A program made the position numbers and the translations under genes. This document shows, piece after piece, positions 4,225 to 5,684 of a DNA stretch of 5,684 bases. The notes beneath the pieces are model-generated. The model was not told where the DNA came from. It worked only from the letters and a program-made list of their open reading frames with translations, and searched no databases. This DNA is from a virus (taxonomy: Duplodnaviria; Heunggongvirae; Uroviricota; Caudoviricetes). Positions within the stretch are counted from its first letter, which is position 1. The number at the start of each line of letters is the position of its first letter. The stretch covers positions 1 through 5,684 of IMG/VR virus record IMGVR_UViG_2693429642_000007; one strand, written 5' to 3'.

Positions 4225-5122
4225 TCTTGCAACCGTAACACATTTAAGGCCTTCACAACGGCCTGTGGAGCGTCGTGTGGCAGAAGTTGAAGATGGTTAT
4301 ACCCGTCTTGCAAATGCCCTGTATGAAGAGCTTATCGGCGCAGATTTAACGAAAAATCAGAGCAAGGTTGCCCACGCCATATGCCGTAAAACATACGGCT
4401 ACGGTAAAAAGATGGATCGCATCTCTGATAGTCAGTTAGCTCAAATTACCAGGCTGCCAAGACAGAAGGTAAACAAGGCCAAGAATGAGCTTATCGCGAT
4501 GAAGGTTATCCTTCGCGAAGGCCAGCAAATCGGGCCTAACAAGAACATCGAGGAATGGCAAATCGAAGGGTGTCACTACTCTGGTGATAATGTCACTGCA
4601 TTGGTGACAAAAAGTGTCACCAAAACGGTGACAGCGCTGTCACCAAAACAGGGACACACAAAAGAAACTATTACAAAAGAAAAAAGAAAAGATTATTCGT
4701 CCGAGAATTCTGGCGAATCCTCTGACCAGCCAGAAAACGATCTTTCTGTGGTTAAACCGGATGCTGCAATTCAGAGCGGCAGCAAGTGGGGAACAGCAGA
4801 AGACCTGACCGCCGCAGAGTGGATGTTTGACATGGTGAAGACCATCGCACCATCAGCCAGAAAACCGAATTTTGCAGGGTGGGCTAACGATATCCGCCTG
4901 ATGCGTGAACGTGACGGACGTAACCACCGCGATATGTGTGTGCTTTTCCGCTGGGCCTGCCAGGACAACTTCTGGTCCGGTAACGTGCTGAGTCCGGCCA
5001 AACTCCGCGACAAGTGGACCCAGCTCGAAATCAACCGTAACAAGCAACAGGCAGGCGTGACAGCCAGCAAACCAAAACCCGACCTGACAAACACTGACTG
5101 GATTTACGGGGTGGATTTATGA
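4217..5122 (+). CDS. O: O-like replication initiator protein (301 aa); divergent N-terminal iteron-binding domain, lambda-like C-terminal domain
   Basis: The N-terminus aligns with lambda O (..EDGYTRLAN.. vs ..DDGYARLSN.., GADLTK, RKTYG, MDRI.DSQL, GPNKNI.EW). The C-terminal ~110 aa ([101 protein letters not shown]) is essentially the lambda O C-terminus from memory. RBS AAGGAGAAAGG precedes the ATG. The stop overlaps the P start as ATGA. Confidence 0.9.
   Translation: MSNLATVTHLRPSQRPVERRVAEVEDGYTRLANALYEELIGADLTKNQSKVAHAICRKTYGYGKKMDRISDSQLAQITRLPRQKVNKAKNELIAMKVILREGQQIGPNKNIEEWQIEGCHYSGDNVTALVTKSVTKTVTALSPKQGHTKETITKEKRKDYSSENSGESSDQPENDLSVVKPDAAIQSGSKWGTAEDLTAAEWMFDMVKTIAPSARKPNFAGWANDIRLMRERDGRNHRDMCVLFRWACQDNFWSGNVLSPAKLRDKWTQLEINRNKQQAGVTASKPKPDLTNTDWIYGVDL
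4571..4698. promoter_or_regulatory. Origin of replication within O: four 19-bp iterons (TGTCAC-N7-GTGACA type) followed by an AT-rich region
   Basis: Iterons are tgtcactactctggtgata (4571-4589), tgtcactgcattggtgaca (4591-4609), tgtcaccaaaacggtgaca (4615-4633) and tgtcaccaaaacagggaca (4638-4656). An AT-rich tract aaaagaaactattacaaaagaaaaaagaaaagattatt (~4657-4698) follows. This is the same architecture as the lambda ori (four iterons plus AT-rich region inside O), but with a different iteron sequence from the lambda TCCCTC...GAGGGA type. Confidence 0.7.
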
Positions 5123-5684
5123 AAAACATCGCCGCACAGATGGTTAACTTTGACCGTGAGCAGATGCGTCGGATCGCCAACAACATGCCGGAACAGTACG
5201 ACGAAAAGCCGCAGGTACAACAGGTAGCGCAGATCATCAACGGTGTGTTCAGCCAGTTACTGGCAACTTTCCCGGCGAGTCTGGCTAACCGGGACCAGAA
5301 CGAACTGAATGAAATCCGCCGCCAGTGGGTTCTGGCTTTCCGGGAAAACGGGATCACCTCGATGGAACAGGTTAACGCAGGAATGCGCGTAGCCCGTCGG
5401 CAGAATCGACCATTTCTTCCATCACCCGGGCAGTTTGTTGCATGGTGCCGGGAAGAAGCATCCGTTATCGCCGAACTGCCAAACGTCAGCGAGCTGGTTG
5501 ATATGGTTTACGAGTATTACCGGAAGCGTGGCCTGTATCCGGATGCAGAGTCTTATCCGTGGAAATCAAACGCGCACTACTGGCTGGTTACCAACCTGTA
5601 CCAGAACATGCGGGCCAATGCGCTGACTGACGCGGAATTACGGCGCAAGGCTGCCGATGAACTGACCTGTATGATAGCACGAAT
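5119..5684 (+). CDS. P: P-like replication protein (DnaB helicase loader), 5' partial: continues beyond the window end
   Basis: The ATG at 5119 overlaps the O stop. The translation [115 protein letters not shown]... closely matches lambda P as I recall it. The frame stays open to the window end (no stop), which is why it is missing from the ORF track. Confidence 0.9.
   Translation, partial: MKNIAAQMVNFDREQMRRIANNMPEQYDEKPQVQQVAQIINGVFSQLLATFPASLANRDQNELNEIRRQWVLAFRENGITSMEQVNAGMRVARRQNRPFLPSPGQFVAWCREEASVIAELPNVSELVDMVYEYYRKRGLYPDAESYPWKSNAHYWLVTNLYQNMRANALTDAELRRKAADELTCMIAR

Noticed and set aside
4771-5626. ORFs 4771..5094 (-), 4853..5047 (-), 5031..5357 (-) and 5435..5626 (+)
   Set aside because: They are antisense or out of frame within O and P, whose frames are strongly supported. 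Rejected.
1-5684. CRISPR arrays, tRNA or rRNA genes
   Set aside because: The only regular direct repeats are the 69-bp duplication in cII and the ori iterons. No repeat-spacer architecture or tRNA-like cloverleaf was seen.

Overview
This window is the immunity/early-regulatory and replication region of a mosaic lambdoid prophage, probably enterobacterial. Reading left to right: a truncated IS3-family transposase fragment (1-218) abuts the 3' end of a leftward N-like antiterminator gene (206-505), followed by a P22-type nutL boxB (671-685) and a candidate pL/OL (754-797). A leftward operon then runs from the cI-type repressor (2490-3194) through a HigB-like toxin (2066-2353), a HigA-like antitoxin with a long C-terminal extension (1413-2069) and a SecB-like chaperone (1012-1416), ending at a rho-independent terminator (974-1002). 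Rightward from the OR switch (3195-3307) are a cro-like gene, nutR boxB, a CII-like gene carrying a perfect in-frame 69-bp tandem duplication, a 48-aa small ORF, an O-like initiator with four internal 19-bp iterons plus an AT-rich ori, and the 5' part of a lambda-like P gene running off the window. The most notable element is the three-gene toxin-antitoxin-chaperone (TAC) module occupying the slot where lambda carries rexAB, which makes it a candidate lysogen-expressed exclusion or defence system. All homology calls are from reading the translations and from memory of reference proteins; no database search was possible.
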